This document shows, piece by piece, positions 50,398-58,545 of a stretch of 64,000 nt of DNA. Source of the DNA: an uncultured Chloroflexia bacterium. Its GTDB lineage: Bacteria; Chloroflexota; Limnocylindria; Limnocylindrales; CSP1-4. Under the pieces are notes generated by a model. That model did no database searches and was not told the DNA's origin. It saw nothing but the letters and a program-made list of their open reading frames with translations. The stretch's first letter is position 1. The number at the start of each line of letters is the position of its first letter. The stretch covers positions 480,001 through 544,000 of the forward strand of contig CAVVYR010000008.1 in NCBI GenBank assembly GCA_963752475.1, written 5' to 3'. Position numbers and translations under genes: made by a program.

Positions 50398-51170
50398 CGC
50401 GGCATCTGCCACAGCGAGAGGTCGAGGTCGTCGGGCAGCAGGGCCGCCAGCCGCTCGTTCTCCGGGGCGTAACGGCGGACGAGCTGCTCGGCCTGCCACT
50501 GGCTGAGCGTGACCTTGGGGCCGCGCGACTCGTTGACGCGACCGCCGAGGTCGAGGCCCGCGGGGACCTCCGGCTCCAGGCCGATGAACTCATAGGTACG
50601 CTGCAGCTGCTCTCTGGGATCGGCCACGCAGCGCTCGTACTGCAGCACCAGCACCTGCTCACGGGGGAAGGTGTTCCATAGCCGCAGCAGCTGGTCGGCG
50701 TAGATGCCGCGGTTGAAGGCGGCGTTGGCGGCCGCGCGTGCGGTGGAGCCGACGGTGAAGCGGTTCTCGGCCAGCGTCCGTCCGGAGCGAAAGCGCTCGA
50801 CGGGGTCGCGCAACAGCACCAGCAGGCGGGCATCGGGAGCCGCCTGTCGCAGCAGGCGCGGCGTCCACACGTCGAGCATGTAGCCCGGCGTCCACTCGCC
50901 GCTCAGGCTGCCCTCTGGCCGAGCGAAGAAGGCGTGATAGCGCTCGATATCGGTCTGGCTCAGCTCGCCCGTCCAGCAGCCATCGAAGAAGTGGACCTCC
51001 TTGGGCGTGTCCGCGGGACGGCTGACCCGAGGGTGGGCGCTGATGAGGCTGTCCCACCAGGTCGTACCGGAGCGGGCCGTGCCCACACCGACGTAGTCGG
51101 GCGCCGCGGGCGTCCAGCCGTCAGGTGCGACGGGTGGCTGGGGCAGAGGGTCGGTGGTCGTGGCCGGCAT
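50394..51170 (-). CDS. PAPS-dependent sulfotransferase family protein
   Basis: PDYVGVGTARSGTT, KEVHFFD, GEWTPGY, LLRDPVERFRSG; start could be 51188. Confidence 0.87.
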   Translation of the reverse strand: MPATTTDPLPQPPVAPDGWTPAAPDYVGVGTARSGTTWWDSLISAHPRVSRPADTPKEVHFFDGCWTGELSQTDIERYHAFFARPEGSLSGEWTPGYMLDVWTPRLLRQAAPDARLLVLLRDPVERFRSGRTLAENRFTVGSTARAAANAAFNRGIYADQLLRLWNTFPREQVLVLQYERCVADPREQLQRTYEFIGLEPEVPAGLDLGGRVNESRGPKVTLSQWQAEQLVRRYAPENERLAALLPDDLDLSLWQMPR

Positions 51171-51195
51171 CACCGAGATGATAGGCACACGAAGT

Positions 51196-51228
51196 GAACG
51201 GCCCGCCCCCTGAAGGGACGGGCCGTTC
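51196..51228 (-). terminator. stem-loop downstream of Flp pilin A
   Basis: GAACGGCCCG...CGGGCCGTTC. Confidence 0.6.
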
Positions 51229-51253
51229 GCGTTAGCTCTCAGTGAGCGGCGAG

Positions 51254-51412
51254 CTAGATGCTGTCGCCGATCTCGTTGAGGATGCCGGAGATCTCGCCGC
51301 CGAGGAAGATGAGGGCGGCGATGGCGATGATGGCGATGAGCGCCAGGATCAGCGCGTACTCGGCCAGGCCCTGGCCATCCTCGTCGTCGCGGCGAAGCAG
51401 GAAGTCGACCAT
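51254..51412 (-). CDS. flp: Flp family type IVb pilin (A), 52 aa, absent from the ORF track
   Basis: MVDFLLRRDDEDG/QGLAEYALILALIAIIAIAALIFLGGEISGILNEIGDSI; G|xxxxEY prepilin motif; GGAGG RBS. Confidence 0.92.
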   Translation of the reverse strand: MVDFLLRRDDEDGQGLAEYALILALIAIIAIAALIFLGGEISGILNEIGDSI

Positions 51413-51558
51413 GTCAGTGGTCCTCCGTAGGTTTCGGCTCCCCGCGCTTGCGGTTCGCCATGGATTTGATGAATACGCTCGGTCGCCCCTGGGGGCTGCC
51501 GTGCTCGGCGGACGTTACAGCGCCGCCGCCAACTGTGCACTGGGACTGCCGGCAGGCC

Positions 51559-51605
51559 AGCTGCGAGTCCTCAGTGCCGGAATGATGATGGTGGCCTTGA
51601 GGACT
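51559..51605 (-). promoter_or_regulatory. conserved pilin-leader motif, copy 1
   Basis: ACCATCATCATTCC-N8-GGA-N2-CGCAGCT inside AGTCCTCA/TGAGGACT stem. Confidence 0.55.
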
Positions 51606-51709
51606 TTCCATGGCACCTACGGGTGACACGGAGCGGGACTTTAGGCGGTGCTAGAGCACCGGTTCCAGTGGGTCTGTTGTGGTTGGTCCTGTTCTGGTGT
51701 GGTGACTAC

Positions 51710-51898
51710 TCAGGTACTCGAATTGATCGTGGCCCCGATCTCGTCCATCAGTCGGTTGATGGTGTCACCGAGAAAGATGAGTGCGAGGATGGCCACGATG
51801 GCGATCAGCGCCAGGATCAGCGCGTACTCCGCGAGGCCTTGGCCCTCCTCGTCGCTGGCAGGCCAGTACGCGGTCAGCCAACGGACTACGACGGACAA
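51710..51898 (-). CDS. flp: Flp family type IVb pilin (B)
   Basis: ...DEEG/QGLAEYALILALIAIVAILALIFLG...; TTG start after GGAGG. Confidence 0.9.
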   Translation of the reverse strand: MSVVVRWLTAYWPASDEEGQGLAEYALILALIAIVAILALIFLGDTINRLMDEIGATINSST

Positions 51899-52109
51899 AT
51901 TCGTCCTCCGATCCGATCTGTGGTGGGTTCGGCCTTCCGTCCCCGAGAAACCGAGAGCCAGATCGATGCTCCAGGTGTCCGACGGTCTCGAACAGCGTGC
52001 GTCGCGGAAGTCACAGATGTCGCCGTTCCAAGGCGACCCAGGTGCTGGTCTGCCGGATGGCATTCGGCCGGACCGCGTCCCCCTGGACGCGTGAGGCGCT
52101 AGCTGCCTC

Positions 52110-52505
52110 CTACTCTCCGATGACCGACCAGATGAAGCCCATGAAGATGAAGATGCCGGCGAAGAGCCCGATGAGGGCGGGGACGCCGATCGTGTTCACT
52201 TCGAGGTTCATGCTCGCCAGAAACCCCATCGCCAGGGCCCACACGATGATGAGCACGAGGAAGAGGTACTTGGCGTTGACGGTCGTGATGGCCTCGACCC
52301 AGGCTGTCCGCCGTCGCTCCGGGACCAGCATGACGATGAGCAGGAACGCGACCATCACGGCACCCATCAGCGCGCCGCCGATGAAGCCGATGTAGGAACT
52401 GGCTTCCAGCTCCGTGCGCAATGCGCCATACACGGCCGTGATCACCGCCCCCAACAGAAGGAAGGCGGCCACGTAGCCGAGTGTGCGCAAGTTCGCCCAA
52501 GTCAT
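52110..52505 (-). CDS. hypothetical membrane protein (4 TM)
   Basis: Four hydrophobic helices; sits between pilin genes. Confidence 0.75.
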   Translation of the reverse strand: MTWANLRTLGYVAAFLLLGAVITAVYGALRTELEASSYIGFIGGALMGAVMVAFLLIVMLVPERRRTAWVEAITTVNAKYLFLVLIIVWALAMGFLASMNLEVNTIGVPALIGLFAGIFIFMGFIWSVIGE

Positions 52506-52740
52506 GAGGATCGGAATCCTAGCAAAACAACCAGCCGCGAGAACAACGTTTCCGCGGACCCCCGCGACCCGGGTCGCTCGCGACCATGCGGGGTGGACCG
52601 CCGAACAGTACCGTGCGCGCCCGGAGATGGGAAGCATGAGAGCGCTCCCGTTCCGCGTATCGTTGCCCACGGACAACGCCAGGCAGCGCGAAACGGCCAC
52701 ACCCCGGGGCGCGGCCGATCGGCTCGGAGCTTGCGACGAC

Positions 52741-53013
52741 CTACCCGCTGTTGATCACGCTGTCTACGTGGCGGAAGCCCTCGTTGATGATGTCCTCGAA
52801 CAGGCCGCTCACGCTCGTGCCCAGGAAGATCAAGGCCACGATGGCCACGATGGCGATGAGCCCCAGGATGAGTGTGTATTCGGCGAGGCCCTGGCCTCGC
52901 TGGTCAGTAGCCTTGCCGGGATCCGGCAGCAGGAGGGCACGCAGCGACCGGACCGGCCGTGAGCGAGCGACTCTCTCGGTGACCTTGACCACCGTGTCTC
53001 GTAGCTTCTCCAT
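52741..53013 (-). CDS. flp: Flp family type IVb pilin (C) with long leader peptide
   Basis: ...DQRG/QGLAEYTLILGLIAIVAIVALIFLG...; GGAG RBS. Confidence 0.88.
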   Translation of the reverse strand: MEKLRDTVVKVTERVARSRPVRSLRALLLPDPGKATDQRGQGLAEYTLILGLIAIVAIVALIFLGTSVSGLFEDIINEGFRHVDSVINSG

Positions 53014-53063
53014 CAGGTGTCTCCGATGGCGGATGACAGAGCACGCCATACGTCTCCACGGTG

Positions 53064-53106
53064 AGCTGCGTATCCGGCCATCGGGAATGATGATGGTTCG
53101 ATGGCC
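53064..53106 (-). promoter_or_regulatory. conserved pilin-leader motif, copy 2
   Basis: ACCATCATCATTCC-N8-GGA-N2-CGCAGCT with GGCCATCG/CGATGGCC stem. Confidence 0.55.
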
Positions 53107-53377
53107 GCTCGCCGCAGCGAGGTGGTGATGCCGGGGTCGCTCGGAGCTGCCCCTGTTGGTCGTTCTCGGTCGATCCGAGGATGAGATGAATGCGCCGTTC
53201 CGCAACCTGGGCCGTCGGGCCACGCGGTTCAGCCACGCCAACCTACCTCTGCTCACCGCGCACCGATATGGCCCCAAAGAGCCACGCGGGTGGTGACGGC
53301 GGGCACCATCCGGCCCTGCTCCTGAGCAGGGATGGAAGTGTGGACGGGGGTATCATCGCGGCCGAGCAGGAGGGACC

Positions 53378-54895
53378 GTGGTCACGACAGACGAACAAGA
53401 CACCTGGATCAATCCGCGCGATCCGGCCAAGGCGCTGGGTCCGGACGGACAGCCGGCCCGCAGCCGTCGCGCCCCCTACTACGCGGATGTGCCCGACGAG
53501 CAGTGGGACAGCTGGAAGTGGCAGCTCTCGAACCGCGTCAACGACCTCGAGACGTTCACCCAGATCCTCGAGCTGACCGACAACGAACGGGAAGGACTCG
53601 GCGCGCCGGACAAGTTCCGCGTCGATATCACGCCCTACTTCATCAGCCTCATCGACCCCAACGACCCCAACGACCCCATCCGCCGTCAGGTCATGCCGCT
53701 CGGCGACGAGCAGGAAGCCTTCACCGCGATGATGGACGACTCGCTGCGCGAAGATCAGCACTCGCCGGTCCCGGGCCTGGTCCACCGTTATCCCGATCGC
53801 GTGCTGATGCTGGTGACGACCCAGTGTGCGGTCTACTGCCGCTACTGCACACGCTCGCGCATCGTCGGCGACGCCACCCAGAACTTCAACTCGAAGGACT
53901 TCGAGGCCCAGCTCGACTACCTCCGTCGAACCCCTCAGGTCCGTGACGTGCTGCTCAGCGGCGGTGATCCGTTGACGATGTCGCCCAAGCTGCTGGAGCG
54001 GGTGCTGCGTGGGCTGCGCGAGATCGAGCACATCGAGATCATCCGCATGGGCACGCGCGTGCCGGTATTCATGCCACAGCGCATCGACGACGACCTCTGC
54101 GCCATGCTCGAGCGCTACCACCCGATGTGGGTGAACCTCCACTTCAACCATCCCAACGAGATCACCCCAGAGGTCGCTCGGGCGGTCGACAAGCTCAGCC
54201 GTACCGGCGTGCCCATCGGCAACCAGTCGGTGCTGCTGGCGGGCGTCAACGACTGCGTCCACATCCAGCGAGACCTGGTCCACAAGCTGGTCGAGAACCG
54301 CATCCGTCCGTACTACCTCTACCAGTGCGACCTGGTGCAGGGTGCCGGCCACTTTCGGACGCCGGTGGGCAAGGGCCTCGAGATCATCGAGGGCCTGCGC
54401 GGGCACACCTCCGGCTACGCGGTGCCGACGTACGTCGTCGACGCCCCCGGTGGCGGGGGCAAGATCCCGGTCATGCCCAACTACCTCATCAGCTACTCCG
54501 ATCACAAGGTCGTCCTGCGTAACTACGAGGGTTACATCACGACCTACGAGGAGCCGAGGGAGTACAGCCCGCATGACCAGCGTGCCTGCTCCTACTGCCG
54601 GAACCAGCGCTCCGAGCCCGGCCAAAGCGGCGTCCACGGCTTGCTCCAGGGCGACGCCATGTGGATCGAGCCAGCCGGGCACACCGAGATCCATGCCCGC
54701 GGCAACACCGAGGCCCATCGACTGCAGGCGCCCGAGAAGTGGGTGCCCTACGGCGTCGGGCCCATCGAGGGCCAAGCCGCGCCCGCTCAGGCAAAGCTGG
54801 CGGGCGGCGACGAGACGCCCCAGTACGGCCCCGGCGAGGAGCCACGACCGCGCGAGGGTGAGCCCACCGGCTCCGCTCACGGCGAATTGCTCTAG
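53378..54895 (+). CDS. kamA: lysine 2,3-aminomutase (KamA family radical SAM)
   Basis: W..W.WQL, GLVHRYPDRVL, CAVYCRYCTR, LSGGDPL, HFNHP.E, PYYLYQCD, DAPGGGGKIP (PLP Lys). Confidence 0.92.
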   Translation: MVTTDEQDTWINPRDPAKALGPDGQPARSRRAPYYADVPDEQWDSWKWQLSNRVNDLETFTQILELTDNEREGLGAPDKFRVDITPYFISLIDPNDPNDPIRRQVMPLGDEQEAFTAMMDDSLREDQHSPVPGLVHRYPDRVLMLVTTQCAVYCRYCTRSRIVGDATQNFNSKDFEAQLDYLRRTPQVRDVLLSGGDPLTMSPKLLERVLRGLREIEHIEIIRMGTRVPVFMPQRIDDDLCAMLERYHPMWVNLHFNHPNEITPEVARAVDKLSRTGVPIGNQSVLLAGVNDCVHIQRDLVHKLVENRIRPYYLYQCDLVQGAGHFRTPVGKGLEIIEGLRGHTSGYAVPTYVVDAPGGGGKIPVMPNYLISYSDHKVVLRNYEGYITTYEEPREYSPHDQRACSYCRNQRSEPGQSGVHGLLQGDAMWIEPAGHTEIHARGNTEAHRLQAPEKWVPYGVGPIEGQAAPAQAKLAGGDETPQYGPGEEPRPREGEPTGSAHGELL

Positions 54896-54897
54896 CC

Positions 54898-55338
54898 GTG
54901 GGTCTTCTCAAGCGTCTCTTCGGTGGCGGCGCCGATGATGGTGACATGCCCAGCGGGCAGCCTGCCGACGATGCCGAGTGGCGCCAGTCGGCCGAAGCCA
55001 CCTTCGAGGCTCACGGGGACAAGCACCGCGTGACCTTCTGGATGCGCCTTTACGACCCCGACTTCGAGACCATGCGCGAGCAGCAGCGGGTGTTCGCCCT
55101 CGAGAACGCGCTCATGCGTGCGCTCGACGAGGCCGGTGCCGGCGAGCACGACACCAACTCGCTGGAGAAGGGCTACATGGCCATGCGCATGGTGGGCGAC
55201 GATGCCGACGCCATCGTGGCCGTGGTCCTGCCGCTGTTGGCGGAGGCCCCGGCGGGCAGCTACCTGGCGGTGCGCCGCGGGCCTGCCGGTGAGGGCGAGG
55301 ACCGCATCGAGGTCGGCCTCGGCGCCGACGAGTCCTAG
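54898..55338 (+). CDS. hypothetical protein
   Basis: Coding-like GC3; MGLLKRLFG amphipathic N-terminus; 2 nt after kamA. Confidence 0.75.
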   Translation: MGLLKRLFGGGADDGDMPSGQPADDAEWRQSAEATFEAHGDKHRVTFWMRLYDPDFETMREQQRVFALENALMRALDEAGAGEHDTNSLEKGYMAMRMVGDDADAIVAVVLPLLAEAPAGSYLAVRRGPAGEGEDRIEVGLGADES

Positions 55339-55352
55339 CCTCACCAGCGACG

Positions 55353-55766
55353 ATGCGACTGCGCCAGACACCGGGCCTGCCCGACCCGAACATCCAGCCG
55401 CCCGTCGTGGCCGAGCCTGCCGATCCCTTCGCCCAGCTGCGTGTCGTCCACCTGCTCGGGCGCATCCCGCGCGGCACGGCCGTGCGCGTGCGCGACATCG
55501 TCGACCAGCTCGATGCCGACTACCTCGACTGGTCCTTCTCGCGGGATGTCGTGGTTTCGACGGTGGTGCAGCTGCAGGCGAACTGGCTGACCGACTATCG
55601 CAACAGCGACGGCATCGTGCTGGACGACGGCCCCACCGGTCTCGAGCTGACCATCGAGGACAGCAGCCGGGTCGACCCCTGGATCGTGCGCCAGGCAGAG
55701 CGACTGGCCTTGGCCTGTGCCGAACAGCTGGTGGAGTTCTCGGTCGAAGAGGGCGGCGCCGCCTGA
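55353..55766 (+). CDS. hypothetical protein
   Basis: Coding-like ORF in the kamA gene run. Confidence 0.75.
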   Translation: MRLRQTPGLPDPNIQPPVVAEPADPFAQLRVVHLLGRIPRGTAVRVRDIVDQLDADYLDWSFSRDVVVSTVVQLQANWLTDYRNSDGIVLDDGPTGLELTIEDSSRVDPWIVRQAERLALACAEQLVEFSVEEGGAA

Positions 55767-55767
55767 T

Positions 55768-56850
55768 TCAGGCCCGAGCCCTGGCTTCGTAGACCTCGTC
55801 GATGACGCTGAGCGAAACCTCGATCGGCGCCTGCCAGTAGTTGGTCAGGAAGGCCACCGCGAAGCCATGCTCGGGCTCGACCCACAGGCGGCCTCCGGTG
55901 ATCCCGCCATGGGTGAAGGCACGAGCGGAGCCCGTCCAGTGTCGCTGCGGCAGCCGCCAGCCCAACCCCTGGCGGACCTCCCGCTCGACGCCGTCGTCGG
56001 AGACATGGGTCCAGCCCTCGGTGTGGTTGCGCGTCATCTCCGCGATCGCGCCCTGGGACAGCACCCGCGGACCCGGGGCACCGGGATCGGGAGGCAACAG
56101 CGCGCGACCCAGCCGTAGTAGGTCTCCGAGCGTGCCGAACATGCCTCCGCCAGGCATCCGAGCTACCGCCAGGAAGCGCATCAGCACCTCCTGCACCAAT
56201 CGGTTGTCGGCCCCGAAGCCGCGGACCGGGAGCGCCCGGTCGCGCAGGGGCCGCGCATCGAAGGTCGTGTCCACCATGCCCAGCGGCTCTGTCAGCCGCT
56301 CGGCGAGGGCCTCGTCGAAGGGGCGCTTGCTGAGGGCCGCCATGACTTCGGCCAGGAGGATGAAGGCCACCGAGTTGTAGTCGTAGGCCGAGCCAGGCTC
56401 GGTCTCGCAGCGCGATTCGCGGACCCAGCGGATGGCGCGCTCGTAGGTCGGTCGCTCCGAGCGCAGCGACTCGACGGGCATGTCTGGCAGCCCGGAAGTG
56501 TGCGTCAGCACCTGCGCCGCGGTCACCGCGCCGGCGTCGCTCTCGGCCATATCCGGCAGATAGCGCCGCAGCGGTGCTTCGAGGTCGAGCCGACCCTCGT
56601 CGACGTAGCGCATCACGGCCGTGGACACGACGCCCTTGGTCAGCGAGGCCAGGAAGAAGACGGTCCGCAGGTCGATGGTGCCTTCACCACCGGGCACGAA
56701 GTCGCAGCGACGGCGTCCGGCGGCGTCGATGACGCCGATCGCGGCACAGGAGACGACCCCGTCCGCGACCCAGCGAGCCGCTCGCTCGCGCGCGGGCCCG
56801 AGGTCGATGTCGAGGGGCTGGCTGGCGATGGCGTGGGCGGGAACGGTCAT
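55768..56850 (-). CDS. serine hydrolase (beta-lactamase class C family)
   Basis: F.LASLTK (SxxK), LTHTSGL, YDYNS, PLGM.DT, HGG.TG. Confidence 0.9.
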   Translation of the reverse strand: MTVPAHAIASQPLDIDLGPARERAARWVADGVVSCAAIGVIDAAGRRRCDFVPGGEGTIDLRTVFFLASLTKGVVSTAVMRYVDEGRLDLEAPLRRYLPDMAESDAGAVTAAQVLTHTSGLPDMPVESLRSERPTYERAIRWVRESRCETEPGSAYDYNSVAFILLAEVMAALSKRPFDEALAERLTEPLGMVDTTFDARPLRDRALPVRGFGADNRLVQEVLMRFLAVARMPGGGMFGTLGDLLRLGRALLPPDPGAPGPRVLSQGAIAEMTRNHTEGWTHVSDDGVEREVRQGLGWRLPQRHWTGSARAFTHGGITGGRLWVEPEHGFAVAFLTNYWQAPIEVSLSVIDEVYEARARA

Positions 56851-56858
56851 CTGGCCCG

Positions 56859-57200
56859 ATGATAGGCGGCGTGACCCGAGACGAGTACATCACCGCCACA
56901 CGTGCCCTCATCGCCGAGGGCGAACGCATCAGCGCCCGTCCCTCGATGCCGGCCCTGCAGACCTGGATCGCGGCCTCGGATGAGCTCCTGCGCAACGCCT
57001 GGGGCTCGATGGATCGCTATCACCTCTCCTGGCTGATGGTCGGCCGCCCGGCCGATGCCGTGCGTGGCCGCGCCATGACGCCTGAGGAGGAGATCGACTA
57101 CGTGCAGGAGGTGGCCGTGGCCAAGACAGCCGCGTTGCGCATGAGCCTCAAGGCCGTCGAGGAGGACGGCATGCCCTTCGTGGGCGAGACCACGGCGTAG
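56859..57200 (+). CDS. hypothetical protein
   Basis: Coding-like ORF (WGSMDRYHLSWL); start may be GTG at 56871. Confidence 0.72.
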   Translation: MIGGVTRDEYITATRALIAEGERISARPSMPALQTWIAASDELLRNAWGSMDRYHLSWLMVGRPADAVRGRAMTPEEEIDYVQEVAVAKTAALRMSLKAVEEDGMPFVGETTA

Positions 57201-57206
57201 CGACCG

Positions 57207-57683
57207 TCAGGCGGAGCGCGGCCGGGCGCCGAACAGGGCAGCCAGCACGTACAGCACCAGCCCCGCCACCTCGAGCCAGCCGAGCTGCGGGCTGAGCCAA
57301 TCGAGGAAGGGCGTGTGCTGCAGACGCTCGACGAACGTGCGCGTCGACTCTTGCAGCAGGGCCATGGCCGTCATCCAGGTGAGCATGAGCCCGACCAGCC
57401 AGGACAGGGCCGCGATGAGCACGGCGACGACAGGATGGGCGCGCACCGACCACAGGATCTGGCCTATGAGCCAACCGCCGACGACGGCGACGGCCAGGAC
57501 ACCGGGGAACTCCAGCACGCCCTTGAGGAAGGCCCAGGCCACGGCCGAAAGGAGCGCCACCAGCACGGCCTCGGCGAGCGCGACGCGCAGGCTCCGGGGC
57601 CGGAAACGGTCCGGACCCTCGACGTGGTGCACCGGTGGTGGAGGGGTGCTCGATGTCGGGCGGCGGTCGCCGGGCTCGGTCAT
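57207..57683 (-). CDS. hypothetical membrane protein
   Basis: Four hydrophobic segments; start chosen at MTEPG to avoid overlapping the divergent gene. Confidence 0.7.
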   Translation of the reverse strand: MTEPGDRRPTSSTPPPPVHHVEGPDRFRPRSLRVALAEAVLVALLSAVAWAFLKGVLEFPGVLAVAVVGGWLIGQILWSVRAHPVVAVLIAALSWLVGLMLTWMTAMALLQESTRTFVERLQHTPFLDWLSPQLGWLEVAGLVLYVLAALFGARPRSA

Positions 57684-57738
57684 GGCGACAACTCTAGCCG
57701 CGCGAGGCTCGCTGAGGTCGCTAGACTGTTGCTCGCCC

Positions 57739-58239
57739 ATGTCACACCCCGCGATCGGACGACCTCCCGCTGACGCCACCGCCGGACATCCGGCCGTGGC
57801 CGCACGCCTGCGAGGCGCGGCCCGCCTGCCAGCCACTGCGCTCGAGGCGGCCTACCGCATCGACCAGACGCTCCCCGAGCGCTACGACGAGCTGATGCAG
57901 CGCAAGTTCCTGCGCGACTACGAGCAGTACATCGAGCAGCTCGCACGAGCGATCGAGACCGACGAGGACCACTTCCTCGTCGTGTGGGGCGAGTCCATCG
58001 TGCCCATCTACCGCCGCCGCAACGTGCGCATGAACGACGTGGTCTCGCTGGTGCGGGGCCTCGAGGAGGCGGCCGTGGCTGCCGGCCCCGCTGGCGACGC
58101 GCAGATCATCCGCGCACCCATCGATGCCCTCGTCGAGCGGCTCCGCCACCATCGTCGGCTGCCGGGCGACCACGAGGGCAACGCTGCGGTCCGCTTCGTC
58201 TGGAAGGGCGCCGGCTTCGGCGACGACACCGTCGTATGA
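57739..58239 (+). CDS. hypothetical all-helical protein, globin/phycobiliprotein-like
   Basis: KFLRDYEQYIEQLARAI...IVPIYRRRNV...V..L pattern; ATGA overlap with next gene. Confidence 0.7.
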   Translation: MSHPAIGRPPADATAGHPAVAARLRGAARLPATALEAAYRIDQTLPERYDELMQRKFLRDYEQYIEQLARAIETDEDHFLVVWGESIVPIYRRRNVRMNDVVSLVRGLEEAAVAAGPAGDAQIIRAPIDALVERLRHHRRLPGDHEGNAAVRFVWKGAGFGDDTVV

Positions 58240-58526
58240 CCATCAAGTGGATCAACTCGGACCCGTTGGTCATGAACGGCGAACCCTTCTGCTACGGCAC
58301 CCGACTGACCGTGCGCAACCTGCTCGAGATGCGCAGCAACGGCGTGACCCCGGCGGAGATGCTGGGCCAGCACCCCGAGCTCAAGCAGGTCGGCATCGCC
58401 GAGGCTTTCCGCTACGCGCTCGAGAACCCCGACCGCTACGAGGGCTTCCTCGAGCCTGACGGGTCGCTGAAGGGTCCGGGCTTCGACCCCGAGACCGCCG
58501 AGCGACTCCCCCAACACCTACGCTAG
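58236..58526 (+). CDS. DUF433 domain protein
   Basis: I.SDP.VMNGEP...GTRLTV..LL....G....E.L..HPEL....I.EA..Y. Confidence 0.85.
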   Translation: MTIKWINSDPLVMNGEPFCYGTRLTVRNLLEMRSNGVTPAEMLGQHPELKQVGIAEAFRYALENPDRYEGFLEPDGSLKGPGFDPETAERLPQHLR

Positions 58527-58545
58527 CCCGGCGGATGTGAGGCCC

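Noticed and set aside
51414-51629. His-rich leader peptide (HHHS...D[ST]QL) shared by two pilin leaders
   Set aside because: The peptide similarity is confined to the shared nucleotide motif; the ORFs differ in length and in frame relative to motif 2, so nucleotide-level conservation explains it better. The uORF stop 1 nt before pilin A is noted but unsupported
51413-51630. c-di-GMP-I/II riboswitch ahead of Flp pilin A
   Set aside because: Only vague similarity (GGCAC...AGTGCA); the GCAAA/GACGCAAAG or GGAG.TAGT.GTGCAACC cores are absent
53014-53377. Lysine riboswitch upstream of kamA
   Set aside because: No AGAGG.GC start or other L-box conserved blocks on the kamA strand
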